A stretch of 64,000 nucleotides of DNA from an uncultured Candidatus Saccharibacteria bacterium (GCA_964605735.1 CAZSDS010000001.1:480126-544125), one strand, 5' to 3'. Shown: positions 19,912 to 30,834, counted from the stretch's first letter. Notes: a model not told the origin generated them from the letters alone. Made by a program: numbers and translations.

Positions 19912-20487
19912 TTATTTCCTCGGGTTCTTGCTTATAATTTCTTTGATTATGTCGGCTTCCGGACCTGACTGGCCAACCGGCAATATGTCTTCTCGCAAAG
20001 TCAGCGCAGAATACCCCTTCCAGGCCAGATACAGCGAACCTGCAACTGCGGCAAAACCAAGCGATGAAATTAACCCTGCCACCAGACTGGTCTGTGAGAT
20101 CAGCCCAGCTTCCATCAAAATATAATTCCAGTCGTGGACAACTGCTTCACCGCCCAGCAAAGACAATTGCATTTTTATGGCATCAGCCGCGTAGTAACTT
20201 ATATAAAACAGGTTGACCGCAATCCATTGCAACATAACGGCAGCAGAATATTTTTTCCCGCCGCGGAAGAAATAAAGGAAAAACAAAGCCGGAATAATTA
20301 CCTGCAGTAAACTTCCGCCAAGAGCCGTTATAAAATTCCCCAAGGGATAAAAAACCAAGTGACCCGCCTCATGGATAACAACGTTGACATTGTCAATAAA
20401 GTGCCAAGCGCCTTGGTAAGTTGATTGGTAATGGTACGCGCAATACAAAGCGCCTGCAACGACCAGCGCAAGTTTGATTTTTCTCAT
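19912..20487 (-). CDS. membrane protein with HExxH (M50-like)
   Basis: IHEAGH within TM segments, HDW motif. Confidence 0.7.
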   Translation of the reverse strand: MRKIKLALVVAGALYCAYHYQSTYQGAWHFIDNVNVVIHEAGHLVFYPLGNFITALGGSLLQVIIPALFFLYFFRGGKKYSAAVMLQWIAVNLFYISYYAADAIKMQLSLLGGEAVVHDWNYILMEAGLISQTSLVAGLISSLGFAAVAGSLYLAWKGYSALTLREDILPVGQSGPEADIIKEIISKNPRK

Positions 20488-21546
20488 TTAAGGATATTTA
20501 TCTTTTAAAGTTTTGTTTATTTTTTTGCTTAGTTTTTTGGCGTTCAACCGGCGTTCTGTTTCCTTGGATTTGCTGGTTTTGCTTTCCAGATACTCCGCTT
20601 CCCTGACCATTTTGATGTAGTTCCTGTACCTGGCCGGATCCAACCGGCCTGCTTCCAACGCCGCTTTTATGGCACAGCCAGCACTCTTTTCATGGTCGCA
20701 CTTGCCAAACCTGCACTGAAGCGCCAGCTCCTCAATGTCAGCAAAAGCGTTTTCCAGCTCATTCTCATCAGCCCAGAGGCTGACTTCCCTCATCCCAGGC
20801 GTATCAATCAAAATGCTGCCGTCTTCCAGCACGATCATTTCACGCTTGGTGGTGGTGTGCCGCCCTCTGCTGTCATAATCGCGTATTTCCCGGGTTGTCT
20901 GTTTCTCTGTTCCCACAATTGCATTAACCATACTGGATTTGCCGACTCCTGATGATCCAAGGAACACAAAAGTCATGCCTGCCTTTAAAAACTCCTTTAA
21001 TTGATCAATGCCCCTGCCGGTTTTTGCGCTGACAGGAACCACCTCAACATCCTGAGCCACGGATTTGGTTTCCGTGACCAGATCCAAATAATCCTGTTTC
21101 AAATCAATTTTATTCAAAACTACAACGGGTTTGGCCCCGCTTTGCCTGGCTATGACCAAATATCTTTCCAAACGGCGCAGGTTATAATCATCCGGCAAAG
21201 CCTGGACAATAAAAACCACATCTATGTTTGCAACAATCACCTGCTCTATTTCATCATCCGGGCTCTTCCTTGAAATTTTTGTCACCCGAGGCAGTATTTC
21301 TTCAATGACCACTTTTTGTTCATTAGGTAATTTCGTGACACGCACCCAGTCCCCGACTTTTGGGAAACCTTGGCCGTCAAAACCCTTTAAAGTTTTTCCC
21401 CGCAATATACCAGAGCATTCGCCATACTTGGTCAGGACCGTGAAATTCGTCTTATTCTCAATGCTGACTCTGCCAACATCAAAATCCGCTTTTTCCAAAG
21501 CGGTTAGTTTTGCGTATTTATCCCAGCCGATTAAGTTCAAATCCAT
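20488..21546 (-). CDS. rsgA: ribosome small subunit-dependent GTPase A
   Basis: NKID, GSSGVGKSS, GRHTT, DTPG, C-terminal Cys/His zinc site. Confidence 0.95.
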   Translation of the reverse strand: MDLNLIGWDKYAKLTALEKADFDVGRVSIENKTNFTVLTKYGECSGILRGKTLKGFDGQGFPKVGDWVRVTKLPNEQKVVIEEILPRVTKISRKSPDDEIEQVIVANIDVVFIVQALPDDYNLRRLERYLVIARQSGAKPVVVLNKIDLKQDYLDLVTETKSVAQDVEVVPVSAKTGRGIDQLKEFLKAGMTFVFLGSSGVGKSSMVNAIVGTEKQTTREIRDYDSRGRHTTTKREMIVLEDGSILIDTPGMREVSLWADENELENAFADIEELALQCRFGKCDHEKSAGCAIKAALEAGRLDPARYRNYIKMVREAEYLESKTSKSKETERRLNAKKLSKKINKTLKDKYP

Positions 21547-21998
21547 TACCTGCTCCTGGCGGACTCGTAAGCCATGATTAACTCATCTACGCTTGTCAGT
21601 GCAACTGCCTTTCCAATGACATCCAAAGGCAGATCTTCCAGGTTTTTGAACCTTACGCAGGATTTGCCAACGTCCATTTTCTTCCCACTAGCCTTGTAAG
21701 CTTTTTCAAACCATTTTTGATTCTTGTTGTTCATGTAGATATTAAGCAGGTACACTGCCATATGATTTTTTTGCGAGGCCAAGGATGCGTACGGAAGCGG
21801 CACGTCCTTCTTACCCAGGTAACCGGCCGGGTATTTTTTCAGCGGCACCACGTAACTGATCATGCCGTACTGCATGGTTTCTTCGTATCCTTTTGGGAGG
21901 CTTTTTAAAATGACCTTGCGGACAGCCTGCAAGGCTTTTTTCCTGTCTTCAGGCAAACTGTTGAGGTAATCTTCCGGGCTTTTTGCTTTGCTAATCAT
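21546..21998 (-). CDS. DUF1801 domain protein
   Basis: LASQKNHMAVY, DVGKSCVRFK. Confidence 0.85.
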   Translation of the reverse strand: MISKAKSPEDYLNSLPEDRKKALQAVRKVILKSLPKGYEETMQYGMISYVVPLKKYPAGYLGKKDVPLPYASLASQKNHMAVYLLNIYMNNKNQKWFEKAYKASGKKMDVGKSCVRFKNLEDLPLDVIGKAVALTSVDELIMAYESARSR

Positions 21999-22056
21999 GG
22001 AATGATTATATCAAACAATGACCCGGCGGGAACAGGACTTTAATCTGATACGCCCT

Positions 22057-22632
22057 CTATCCTGAGGATTGCCACTCCTTTATGGCTTCCAATGGATAAA
22101 TCAGCATTATAATATTCAAAATCAAATTGTCCCTGATCATGTACCCCACAAAGGCTTCCATGCCTAAAACCAGTACCACAGATAGCCACACTGGCAAACG
22201 GTAAGCCAAAACAAATCCCAACACCATAGCCAGTTGGTCCGCTACAGAGTTGATGATGCTGTCCCCATAATAATCCAAGGAGATGGTCACTTCCCTGTAC
22301 CGGTTTATGACCATATCAGTATTTTCAAAAATTTCCCAAGCTGCTTCTATTAACACCGCCATCACAAATAACGCACCCAAAGGCAGTCGCTTCCTGAAAA
22401 TCAATCTTAGCAAGAAATAAAAACCAAAACCGTGGATGATGTGCGAGAAAGTATACCAGTCAGTAATGTGCTGAGAGTTTTCCGAACTGAAGGTTACCCC
22501 ATGCCAGAACTTAACGTAACCACATTTGCAAATCGGGACCTGATCCATAAAATATAAAACCACTGCAGAAAGCAGTATTATCCCAAGTCCGACCAACACG
22601 TATTGCTTTGCGGACAAGCGTAACCAATGCAT
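22057..22632 (-). CDS. DUF2585 (UPF0314) membrane protein
   Basis: ICKCG, NSQHITDWYTFSHIIHG, YYGDSIINS. Confidence 0.9.
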   Translation of the reverse strand: MHWLRLSAKQYVLVGLGIILLSAVVLYFMDQVPICKCGYVKFWHGVTFSSENSQHITDWYTFSHIIHGFGFYFLLRLIFRKRLPLGALFVMAVLIEAAWEIFENTDMVINRYREVTISLDYYGDSIINSVADQLAMVLGFVLAYRLPVWLSVVLVLGMEAFVGYMIRDNLILNIIMLIYPLEAIKEWQSSG

Positions 22633-22676
22633 GGATTCAGTATAGCACTTTTATGCACACTATTAAGAAGCCAGCT

Positions 22677-23582
22677 CTAATTCAACATCCTTAGAGGCTC
22701 CCCAATAGGCAATTCTGCAATCCACTGTTCACTCACCGTATTTATGCCTTCCGGCAAACCACCCTCGGCAAGGAAGGTCTCCCAAGTCATCGCAAGACCG
22801 TGCCTGGAAACTCCGTCTGGGTGAATCTCCCAAACTGTCGGGTCGCCAAAAGTTCTGACCCAGCGCGGCTGTTGGTACACAACCACTGCCGCATTTTCCA
22901 GAGCCCCCCAATTATTCAAAAAGTCATCAACGCTCCACCTTAGTTCCCCGTAAATCGGATCCATCAGAATCAGGCTTTCAGGGTTCGTCATTGAGCCGGC
23001 GTACCCTGCCAGAACCCGGGCGTGTTCCCCGTTAACGCCATTGATGTGCCTGCCTGCAGGCGTGGTCCACTCTATTCGGTTGCCTCGGCCAAAATAACCC
23101 CAGACCACCACCGGACGCCCTTGGTTCAAGTGGTAAAGCAATTGTGGCAGTGAACCGTTATGGATAACTTCAGTCCTTCGATATTTTAATCCCACTTTTG
23201 CGACCGGATCCCAATAAACACCGTAGCCGTCACCCATCATCTTGCCGTCAATGTTCCCCACAAATCCCGTGTACGGATCACCCCAAACACCATTGCGCCT
23301 CTGAGTGGGGTCAAAATTCAGACCAGCAATCAGATCAGACTCGGGTACGTTTATGCCAGCGCCGGCCAGCGCCATCTTCAAACTGGCAATTTCACAGCTT
23401 AACGAGTGCTCTTGCCTGTGGAATGGGACATTTAGCTTGTAAATGCTGTTCCCTGCCACCTCCCCCATCTGCGACCACCTTGCGCTCAGTTTTCCTGTCA
23501 GGTAAGTAATCTCAGGCCTGTACCCTGCATACACAGCGCCGGCAAGCATAATTGCTAACAAAAGTATACCGATTTTTTTCAT
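22677..23582 (-). CDS. C39-like cysteine peptidase
   Basis: QEHSLSCE, EHARVLAGY, DP motif. Confidence 0.8.
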   Translation of the reverse strand: MKKIGILLLAIMLAGAVYAGYRPEITYLTGKLSARWSQMGEVAGNSIYKLNVPFHRQEHSLSCEIASLKMALAGAGINVPESDLIAGLNFDPTQRRNGVWGDPYTGFVGNIDGKMMGDGYGVYWDPVAKVGLKYRRTEVIHNGSLPQLLYHLNQGRPVVVWGYFGRGNRIEWTTPAGRHINGVNGEHARVLAGYAGSMTNPESLILMDPIYGELRWSVDDFLNNWGALENAAVVVYQQPRWVRTFGDPTVWEIHPDGVSRHGLAMTWETFLAEGGLPEGINTVSEQWIAELPIGEPLRMLN

Positions 23583-23659
23583 AAACTAATTATAACAAAA
23601 GCAAAACAATTGGATATTGGACAAAAATAAAAGCACCGGTCCATTGCCGGTGCTCTGTT

Positions 23660-24316
23660 CTAAAAAGAAACGAATTCTTTGATGGAAGCTTTGTTTCGGG
23701 TTTCATCAATCCACGCCGTAATTTCCCTGCTGAATTTATCCTGTTCCAGGCTGTCTTTGATTATCCGCCTTTGTTCTTGCTCAGTTCCCTCTTCCAGAGT
23801 CTGGCCAGTGTCTGAAAGGTATTGGTCAATCTCTTCTTCGGATACTCTCATTTTATCGCCAAGAATTTGCTTAGCTTTCAATTGAAGAACAATCTGATCA
23901 TCCAGTTCCTCTCGGGTGATCTGCTCCATTTCCAGAGTTTCTTCCAAGGTGCCACCATGCTGTGCAAGCTGGTCCTCAATCTTTTTTATCTCATCCTGCA
24001 GATGCTCGTTTGTTATTGTTATCTTTTGGTTCTTGGCTTCATTTTCAATCAACACCCGGTTAATCAAAGAGTCCAAAGCCTGTCGGCCTGCGGTTTTTTC
24101 CATTTCACCAATCACTGCGAACCTTGAAATAGGTGTTCCGTTCACGGTGGCGGCAAGAAACAAACCCTTATAAGCATATGCCAGGGCCAAAATCGCCACT
24201 ATCACCGCAACCCATACAATCCGCTTTGGGGTGATATATGCCGGAAGCTTTATTCTCTTTTCAGAAACTGCTGGAGTTTCAGATGCTGTTATATCAGCGT
24301 TATCAATGTTGTTCAT
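23660..24316 (-). CDS. SurA N-terminal domain / PrsA-like foldase
   Basis: TM then AATVNGTPIS. Confidence 0.8.
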   Translation of the reverse strand: MNNIDNADITASETPAVSEKRIKLPAYITPKRIVWVAVIVAILALAYAYKGLFLAATVNGTPISRFAVIGEMEKTAGRQALDSLINRVLIENEAKNQKITITNEHLQDEIKKIEDQLAQHGGTLEETLEMEQITREELDDQIVLQLKAKQILGDKMRVSEEEIDQYLSDTGQTLEEGTEQEQRRIIKDSLEQDKFSREITAWIDETRNKASIKEFVSF

Positions 24317-24364
24317 TTATCCACTATATCAGGAAAAAATGATTTAATGAAGCAAAGCCCGTTT

Positions 24365-25120
24365 TTACTCCATTAATGCGGCACGGGTGCGTGGCCCAAC
24401 CAGCCCAAACCCCGTGCTGGATTCATCTCCGGAACAAACTATGTTTTTTGCGCACTGGAAACGCCTGACCGCTTCCCTGGTCAATGAGCCAAAATATAAC
24501 GTCTCATTGCCTTGCGAGCCGGGGCCGCTGCTGGCCAGGGTAAAACCTTTCTGATTAAGAATTTGCTGGAGCGCCATAACCTGCGCATGAGACATGCCAA
24601 GTTTTAGCGTCAGCGATATTTGTGTACTTATGGATCCTGGTGCTGGAACCGGAGTTGGCATCGGGGCAGGTGCAGGCAATGGTGAAGGTGCTGGTGAAGG
24701 GGTTGGCTGTGGAATGTTTGGAGCCGGTACCGGATTAGGCAGACAGGACTTCCAAGGATTCGTCCCGCTGTTGAAATACATGTACCTGGCGTAAGCAATG
24801 TTCCCTTCTATGGTGTTGATGTCATAGGCCCTGTCCAACGCCCTTTGTCTGTGCAACCGTTCATCAATCTGGAAAATGCCAATATAGTTTTTTCCTGCAC
24901 CGCCCCGCAGTGCGGTTCCGTCAGCGTTAAACTGTCGGAAACCGGATTCGCATTTGGCGATTTCAGTCATGCCCGGCATGTCTGGGAAAGAGGCCCGGAC
25001 AATCGCCTCAACATTCGCATTTGGGTTGGCCTTAGCTTCCGAAGCAGCAAAAGCAGTGAATAAAAGCAAACACACGAAAACCAAAAAACCTGCAACCGAT
25101 TTATGTCTATTATTTTTCAT
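24365..25120 (-). CDS. lysozyme/SLT-like protein with peptidoglycan-binding domain
   Basis: IAKCESG, GIFQI, YFGSLTREAVRRFQ, GLVGPRT. Confidence 0.8.
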   Translation of the reverse strand: MKNNRHKSVAGFLVFVCLLLFTAFAASEAKANPNANVEAIVRASFPDMPGMTEIAKCESGFRQFNADGTALRGGAGKNYIGIFQIDERLHRQRALDRAYDINTIEGNIAYARYMYFNSGTNPWKSCLPNPVPAPNIPQPTPSPAPSPLPAPAPMPTPVPAPGSISTQISLTLKLGMSHAQVMALQQILNQKGFTLASSGPGSQGNETLYFGSLTREAVRRFQCAKNIVCSGDESSTGFGLVGPRTRAALME

Positions 25121-25168
25121 GAAGTAACTTTAGCAAATATATACTCTCAACCGAAGCGCGATCAATCT

Positions 25169-25546
25169 TTAGCCTTTGCTTTTACGGGCCTTAGCCCTTT
25201 CCCGGTGACGCTTGAGATTTGCCTTAACCAGCTTTTTTATCAACTCCAAAGGAAGGGGTTTATCAAGAGGAAATTTGACTGTACCCCGGCCTGATCGATA
25301 TTTTTCTGCAGCCTTACCAATGGATTCCAGAAAAGGATACATGCTGATATGGTTCTCAAACCCCGCCAGGTAAACCATATATTTACCATCCAGTTTATAT
25401 GTAGGAATGCTGTAGCTGATGGTTTCCTCGGTCTCCTTTGGGAGGTTTTTCTTGATCACCCGCCTGATTTTTTCCAATAAGACCTGTATTTTAGGCGGAA
25501 AATTGTTGATGTATTCATCAACGCTTTTTACCGGCTTTCTTTTCAT
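25169..25546 (-). CDS. DUF1801/YdhG family protein
   Basis: SVDEYI, ETISYSIPTY, GTVKFPLDKPLP. Confidence 0.85.
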   Translation of the reverse strand: MKRKPVKSVDEYINNFPPKIQVLLEKIRRVIKKNLPKETEETISYSIPTYKLDGKYMVYLAGFENHISMYPFLESIGKAAEKYRSGRGTVKFPLDKPLPLELIKKLVKANLKRHRERAKARKSKG

Positions 25547-25844
25547 TTTTTTGTTGTTTAAACGTTATTTTTCTCTTCCTCATCTCCTGTTTGAGTATAC
25601 CCATGGCTTTTGGCCCCATGCCATGAAGATTAGCAACTTCTTTTTCCGTAAATTTTCCCAAATCAGACATTTTCCTTATGCCTTTGGACAATAATGCCCT
25701 TAGTGCGGGAGCTGCAGTTTTTGGAATATCTGTTTTCTTCAGATTTTTGTAATACCCTGCCCAGCAAACTGGGCAGACGGGACAATCACTGCTCTTATAA
25801 AACTTGTGCCCTCTACTGCAAATTTTTAAAATTCTTGCACTCAT
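25518..25844 (-). CDS. Cys/His zinc-site + HhH/RNAP alpha-CTD-like protein
   Basis: CSRGH...CPVCPVC; APALRAL...LHGMGPKA. Confidence 0.7.
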   Translation of the reverse strand: MSARILKICSRGHKFYKSSDCPVCPVCWAGYYKNLKKTDIPKTAAPALRALLSKGIRKMSDLGKFTEKEVANLHGMGPKAMGILKQEMRKRKITFKQQKNEKKAGKKR

Positions 25845-27592
25845 TACCACCCTCCTCCTCCGCCGCCGCCACCTCCGCCCCCGGAGAATCCGCCGGACAT
25901 TCCGGAGCTTGATCCGGGAGGAGTTGCGGCAGAAGCCACTGCTCCTGCAAAACTTTTGCTGACATCAGAAGAAAATTCCGTGGGGCTGAAATGCGCAAAC
26001 GAACCATGATACCACAAAGGAACATAACCTACACCCCGGCTTTCAAGGCGGGCAAAAACGTCCTTAAACTGTTCTGCCCACTGGTGCGAAACCCCAAGCG
26101 CCAAGGCGTACGGCAACATTTTCTCAAACAGCTCAGGTGTTTTTTCCGGAGGATTATGGAAGGCTAACCTATCTTTTTCAGTCACGGACAAGAAGAGTTT
26201 AAAACCTTCAATTTCATCAGCAAGCTTTCTTCCTTCCACCGTGTAAGCTTTCATCAGCCAGGCAAAAATTGCATTAACTATAATCAAACCAAGCACCAGA
26301 GCAACCCAAAAAATTATCTGGACACCGGATGTTATGCCGTACCTGAATGTCGCTGCACCAATGACCGCCCCGGCAATTGTCACACCAGACAGGAAAATCC
26401 CAATAACAATGGCTGGAATATTTTTCTTAAAATACCTTTTCCCTGCCTGCTTATCCAGAGCCTTGGTGAATTTATTTTTTATCTTTGAAATCTTGGAAGC
26501 TGATTTGCTTTCCAACACGATTGAACTGCTTTCAGCGAAAAGTTCGTCGAACAAAATCTTCTCATCTTCCGACAACACACCCTTTGCCGGTGCATCCAGC
26601 TTTTCTAAAGTGTAAGTCTTTTTACGCAAAAATTTCTTATTCTCAGTAATTTTCACATATCCCTTAACGCCAAGATTTATTATTGCGGCAGCAAATGACT
26701 CGTTGTCACTGCCCATCTTTTTTATGTGCCTTAAAAATGCCGGGGAAAAACCTTGCGGAGATTCGTATTGGGCGATCACTGCGCCCGGTTTTGGGTCTCG
26801 GCCATGCTTGTGCCAGGCATAGGAATAGAACACGATTACCAAAGCCAAACCCAACAATCCGATAATATAATCAAGATTCGCCTTGAACGAAGCCCAAAAA
26901 TTTTCTGCGGCTGTCGGTTCCGCCACAACACCTTTTGGCCAGCTGACCACCACAGTCAATCCCTCAAAAGGCCTCAGCGGCTGTGTAGCAGCAAACGAAA
27001 CTGTATTGTCGTTAATGGTAAAACGGCCGTCCTGGGCAGATGACCCTTGCGGGCCGGTATAGAGCTTGGCGCTGATCTGATCTGCGGGGACATTTCCCGG
27101 CAATGTGACTGTTGCTGAAGCCGCATCAATTCCAAAAATCCAACCATTCCCAGTCACGTTCCAATACAGCTCGTCATGATTCTCAAAAAATCCAAGCTGT
27201 CTGTCAGTTTTATAAGTGATTGTATAAGTGTGTTCTCCTGGCGGAATAAAGACGTTTTCCTCTCCCAAATAAATCCTGATGCCATTCCCTGCCCGCTCAG
27301 TGTGGTAAGGCTCAGGTGAACCGTTTCGGGTGGCGTTCAGCAACTCAAACCCAACCAAATATCTCTGGCCGTTCCGGTCAGTGTAAGACAGAGGAAAATC
27401 ACGGTAAATTCCACGCCGAATCTGTTCACCGGCACTTATTACCTGGATGGTCTCCATAACAGTCATTGACCCATCTTCATGGATCTGAATTTGGCTGTCG
27501 TATGAAATGATCCGCTCTGCAGACTGGGCTGTAGCCAGCATTGGCAGGAAAACCAGGGCCGCCAGCAGAACGCTTTTTATTATCTTATTCAT
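25844..27592 (-). CDS. DUF2207 membrane protein
   Basis: ERIISYD, RRGIYRDFP, ELYWNVTG, Gly-rich tail ending GGGW. Confidence 0.92.
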   Translation of the reverse strand: MNKIIKSVLLAALVFLPMLATAQSAERIISYDSQIQIHEDGSMTVMETIQVISAGEQIRRGIYRDFPLSYTDRNGQRYLVGFELLNATRNGSPEPYHTERAGNGIRIYLGEENVFIPPGEHTYTITYKTDRQLGFFENHDELYWNVTGNGWIFGIDAASATVTLPGNVPADQISAKLYTGPQGSSAQDGRFTINDNTVSFAATQPLRPFEGLTVVVSWPKGVVAEPTAAENFWASFKANLDYIIGLLGLALVIVFYSYAWHKHGRDPKPGAVIAQYESPQGFSPAFLRHIKKMGSDNESFAAAIINLGVKGYVKITENKKFLRKKTYTLEKLDAPAKGVLSEDEKILFDELFAESSSIVLESKSASKISKIKNKFTKALDKQAGKRYFKKNIPAIVIGIFLSGVTIAGAVIGAATFRYGITSGVQIIFWVALVLGLIIVNAIFAWLMKAYTVEGRKLADEIEGFKLFLSVTEKDRLAFHNPPEKTPELFEKMLPYALALGVSHQWAEQFKDVFARLESRGVGYVPLWYHGSFAHFSPTEFSSDVSKSFAGAVASAATPPGSSSGMSGGFSGGGGGGGGGGGW

Positions 27593-27639
27593 AGGCTTTA
27601 TAAGCGAATCATACCAATAATCGATTAAAATAAAAAGTC

Positions 27640-28935
27640 ATGTATAATAGAAACATGATGACAAATTTTCAAGAAAGAAAAATAAAGAACAAGCTCAGTA
27701 TTGCTGAATACAAAGCATTTAATCCGGCACAATATAAATCAATAATTTCAAAAAGCAATTCACTGCACGGCAAAACCATACTGCACATAAACGCCACTCC
27801 GGAAGGAGGAGGTGTTGCTGAACTGCTGGCCAGTCAAGTGGCTTTGGAAAGATCATTGGGCATCAACAGCAGATGGTTTTACATCAATACTCAACCGGAA
27901 TTTTTTTCCGCAACGAAAAAAATTCACAACTTACTTCAGGGCCAGCCTGGAAAACTAAACTTCAGCGAACAGGGCGTTTATTTGGAGACCAACCAGATCC
28001 TCGGCGAATCACTGGCCCAGCTTGCCTACCGGATAAACCCGGACCTTATTGTCATTCACGATCCTCAACCGTTGCCGGTTATAAAATATTTCCAGGACCG
28101 CTCCAAACTTATATTGAGACTGCATATCGACCTTTCAGAGCCAAACCCTTGGATGGTTAAGTTTCTCATGCCATATTTGAATGAATATGGCCAGATTGTC
28201 ACAAGCGGCAGCAGTTTCGCCAAGCAATTGCCTGCGCAAGTCCGCAAAAAACTGTCTGTCATCTACCCGGCTATCGACCCGCTTTCTGAAAAAAACCTAA
28301 CGATGGATCCCAAATACGCAAATCTGATCATGAACCGGCTGAAAATCGACCCTTACCGCCCTATCATTTCCCAGGTCTCAAGATTTGATCCGTGGAAAGA
28401 TCCGGTGGGTGTGATAGACGCTTTCCTTCTGGCCAAAGAGGAAATCCCGAACCTTCAATTGGTGCTTGCCGGAATAATCAAAGCCAAAGATGACCCCCAG
28501 GCTTGGGAAATCCTGGACGAGGTTAAAAAGCGAGCCGGCAACAATCCTGATATTTTCCTTTTTTGGGACGAAGTACAAATCAAACCATATAAAATTGACG
28601 AGTTTGTCAATGCAGTTTTCACATCAAGCATGGTCGTTGTCCAAAACAGCAACAAGGAAGGATTTGGATTGACGGCGACGGAGGCCATGTGGAAAGGAAA
28701 GCCTGTAATCGGAGGTCCCGCGCACGGAATCAAAGTCCAGATAAAGCACAACAAAACCGGATTTATCGCACCTGATAAGTTGAAGCTTGCAAAAACAATG
28801 ATCAAACTGGTCAAAGACCCAAAATTGTGCAAAAAAATTGGGACCGCGGGACAGCTCTCAGTCAAAAAACAATTCCTGCTCCCCCGCTACCTGCTGGATA
28901 ATCTGAAAGTTTACGCCAAACAGAAAGCAAACTAG
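27640..28935 (+). CDS. TreT-like glycosyltransferase (trehalose synthase family, GT4)
   Basis: HINATPEGGGVAE, IHDPQP, SRFDPWKD, EGFGLTATEAMWKG. Confidence 0.85.
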   Translation: MYNRNMMTNFQERKIKNKLSIAEYKAFNPAQYKSIISKSNSLHGKTILHINATPEGGGVAELLASQVALERSLGINSRWFYINTQPEFFSATKKIHNLLQGQPGKLNFSEQGVYLETNQILGESLAQLAYRINPDLIVIHDPQPLPVIKYFQDRSKLILRLHIDLSEPNPWMVKFLMPYLNEYGQIVTSGSSFAKQLPAQVRKKLSVIYPAIDPLSEKNLTMDPKYANLIMNRLKIDPYRPIISQVSRFDPWKDPVGVIDAFLLAKEEIPNLQLVLAGIIKAKDDPQAWEILDEVKKRAGNNPDIFLFWDEVQIKPYKIDEFVNAVFTSSMVVVQNSNKEGFGLTATEAMWKGKPVIGGPAHGIKVQIKHNKTGFIAPDKLKLAKTMIKLVKDPKLCKKIGTAGQLSVKKQFLLPRYLLDNLKVYAKQKAN

Positions 28936-29017
28936 CGATTGGAACCTTTTCCAATGGATAATTTTATTATCCCGAACCATAATTGGGGTAATATCATTAA
29001 CCAAAGGAAAACCATAT

Positions 29018-29413
29018 ATGGCACGCCGATTAGACTCAACGGGTCCAAACGAGCGCAATGTCACATTTAATGCCAATAGAGACGAAACAAGGCACTTTGC
29101 GGACGATTATACAACCCGCAGTAATCCAATGTCCCGCCTGGTTTGGTGGATCGCTGGAATCATTTCAGCAATTCTTGCGTTGCGGCTCCTCATGCGGGCA
29201 TTTGGCGCGAATCCCGAAGCAGGGTTTACGGAATTTGTTTACAATCTTGCCGAGCCGTTTAGGGCACCATTCAGAAACAGCTTTGATGTGATTAACATAG
29301 AAGGAGCAGGGGTGTGGGAGTGGTCTACAGTTCTGGCAATAGCCGTATATCTGCTGGCCGCCGCACTCATTTCCGCTCTATTCTCCATGACTTCAAGGCA
29401 AGCGCTTAGATAG
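29018..29413 (+). CDS. YggT-like membrane protein
   Basis: LRLLMRAFGANP...FVYNLAEPFRAPF. Confidence 0.7.
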   Translation: MARRLDSTGPNERNVTFNANRDETRHFADDYTTRSNPMSRLVWWIAGIISAILALRLLMRAFGANPEAGFTEFVYNLAEPFRAPFRNSFDVINIEGAGVWEWSTVLAIAVYLLAAALISALFSMTSRQALR

Positions 29414-29464
29414 GAAAAACTCCCGATGGATTTCGGGAGTTTTTTGTCAAACACGAACGTTATC

Positions 29465-29930
29465 TTAAGCAGAGCAATCATCAAACCAATTCTGGTTCAT
29501 AAGCGAGAAATCCACGGTATTCACTATTCCATCCCTGTTTATATCTGCAATCGACCCGGAAGCAAACCATTCTGAATTCATTATTGACCAATCAATAGAA
29601 TTTACGAAACAGTCACTGCTTAGATCTCCGACCAAACTGGTCAGGCCTTGTCGCTTGAAAAAATCCCACATCAAAGCATTGGCTGAGATATCTCTTGTGG
29701 TTCGTCCTATCAGAAGCGAACTTACATACTGCCACCCATCAGGCCAGGTATGACCCCCGCCTACTACCTGATAAAGTTTAACCTCCCCCTGAAGGGTGCA
29801 ACCCGGATAATCATGCAGAACCACGGAAGTAGCATCACTCACATTATCAGGCAGGTTAGTGGAATTTGAATTGACATTGCATGAATTTGTGTTTGCGAAG
29901 AGCCCGGCGGTGGCAAACGCAGAAAGAACA
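29465..29930 (-). pseudogene. 5'-truncated esterase (LpqC/PHB-depolymerase-like) with dockerin-like domain
   Basis: only the C-terminal part (VVGGGHTWP...MWDFF) and duplicated Ca-binding repeats remain; no GxSxG or signal peptide. Confidence 0.6.
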
Positions 29931-29939
29931 TCACCTTTT

Positions 29940-30773
29940 TCAAGATATAGAGTCAGCTCCAAAACCAGATTGTTCGTATATATTCTGATAAGAAATTTTT
30001 ACCAAATCTTTCCATTCTATATTTGGATTTTTGTTTCGGAATGATTTAACAACCCAATATCCTAAGCCGTACCCTGCCCAAACTTGGTAATCGTCACTGC
30101 CAAAAAATAGCTTCCTGGAAAAATCCTTATCTACTTCCAAAAACTTAAACTTTGCTTTCTCGAAGATGGCATTGGCTTCCTGCTCGGAAATTGCCCCTGA
30201 AATAAATGGTTTTTTGTTAAGAACCGTTTCCACATAATTTTCGGCCATTCCTTCATGGACCACTTGTTCCAAAGTGCGCCATTTGAATTCTGGGTCAGCC
30301 AAAATAATTTCTTGTGCAATGGAGTGATTATATTCATGCACCAAAGTTTCGTACAACATTTCCTCCCAGCCAGAAACAGTATTTATAAAAACAATGATTG
30401 CATTCTTCCAGCCGCACCAGCCCGTCACGCCATGCATTTTTTGTTTAACAAAATCCATAAAAGTTGGGAAAATGTATACATGCGTGGTGTTCTGCGTCGG
30501 CAAAATCTTTGTACAATCCCCAATTGCCCTATCAATCACCTCTGAAATTTTTCCTACATCAAAAGTCGAACTGTTTAAATCTGGCATGCTTACGTCAAAT
30601 CCAAATATTTGATTCTTCAAGATAGGTTCTAACTGCTCCAGCCTGGAATACCCCGCGAAACCCACTTCCTTGTCTTCCTCCACATGCTGGCTTAAAGACC
30701 GAATAAAACCACCCTGATCTGCGAAATCAGTTTTAAAATCCAAAAAGAAGTGTTTTTCCAGTCTTACATTCAT
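29940..30773 (-). CDS. DUF2268 putative Zn-dependent protease
   Basis: HEYNH, EGMAE, WAGYGLGY. Confidence 0.82.
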   Translation of the reverse strand: MNVRLEKHFFLDFKTDFADQGGFIRSLSQHVEEDKEVGFAGYSRLEQLEPILKNQIFGFDVSMPDLNSSTFDVGKISEVIDRAIGDCTKILPTQNTTHVYIFPTFMDFVKQKMHGVTGWCGWKNAIIVFINTVSGWEEMLYETLVHEYNHSIAQEIILADPEFKWRTLEQVVHEGMAENYVETVLNKKPFISGAISEQEANAIFEKAKFKFLEVDKDFSRKLFFGSDDYQVWAGYGLGYWVVKSFRNKNPNIEWKDLVKISYQNIYEQSGFGADSIS

Positions 30774-30834
30774 AACTTTAGGGCTATTTACAAATACTAT
30801 CAAAAAACATTAGCTTCCGCTAATGTTTTTTGTC

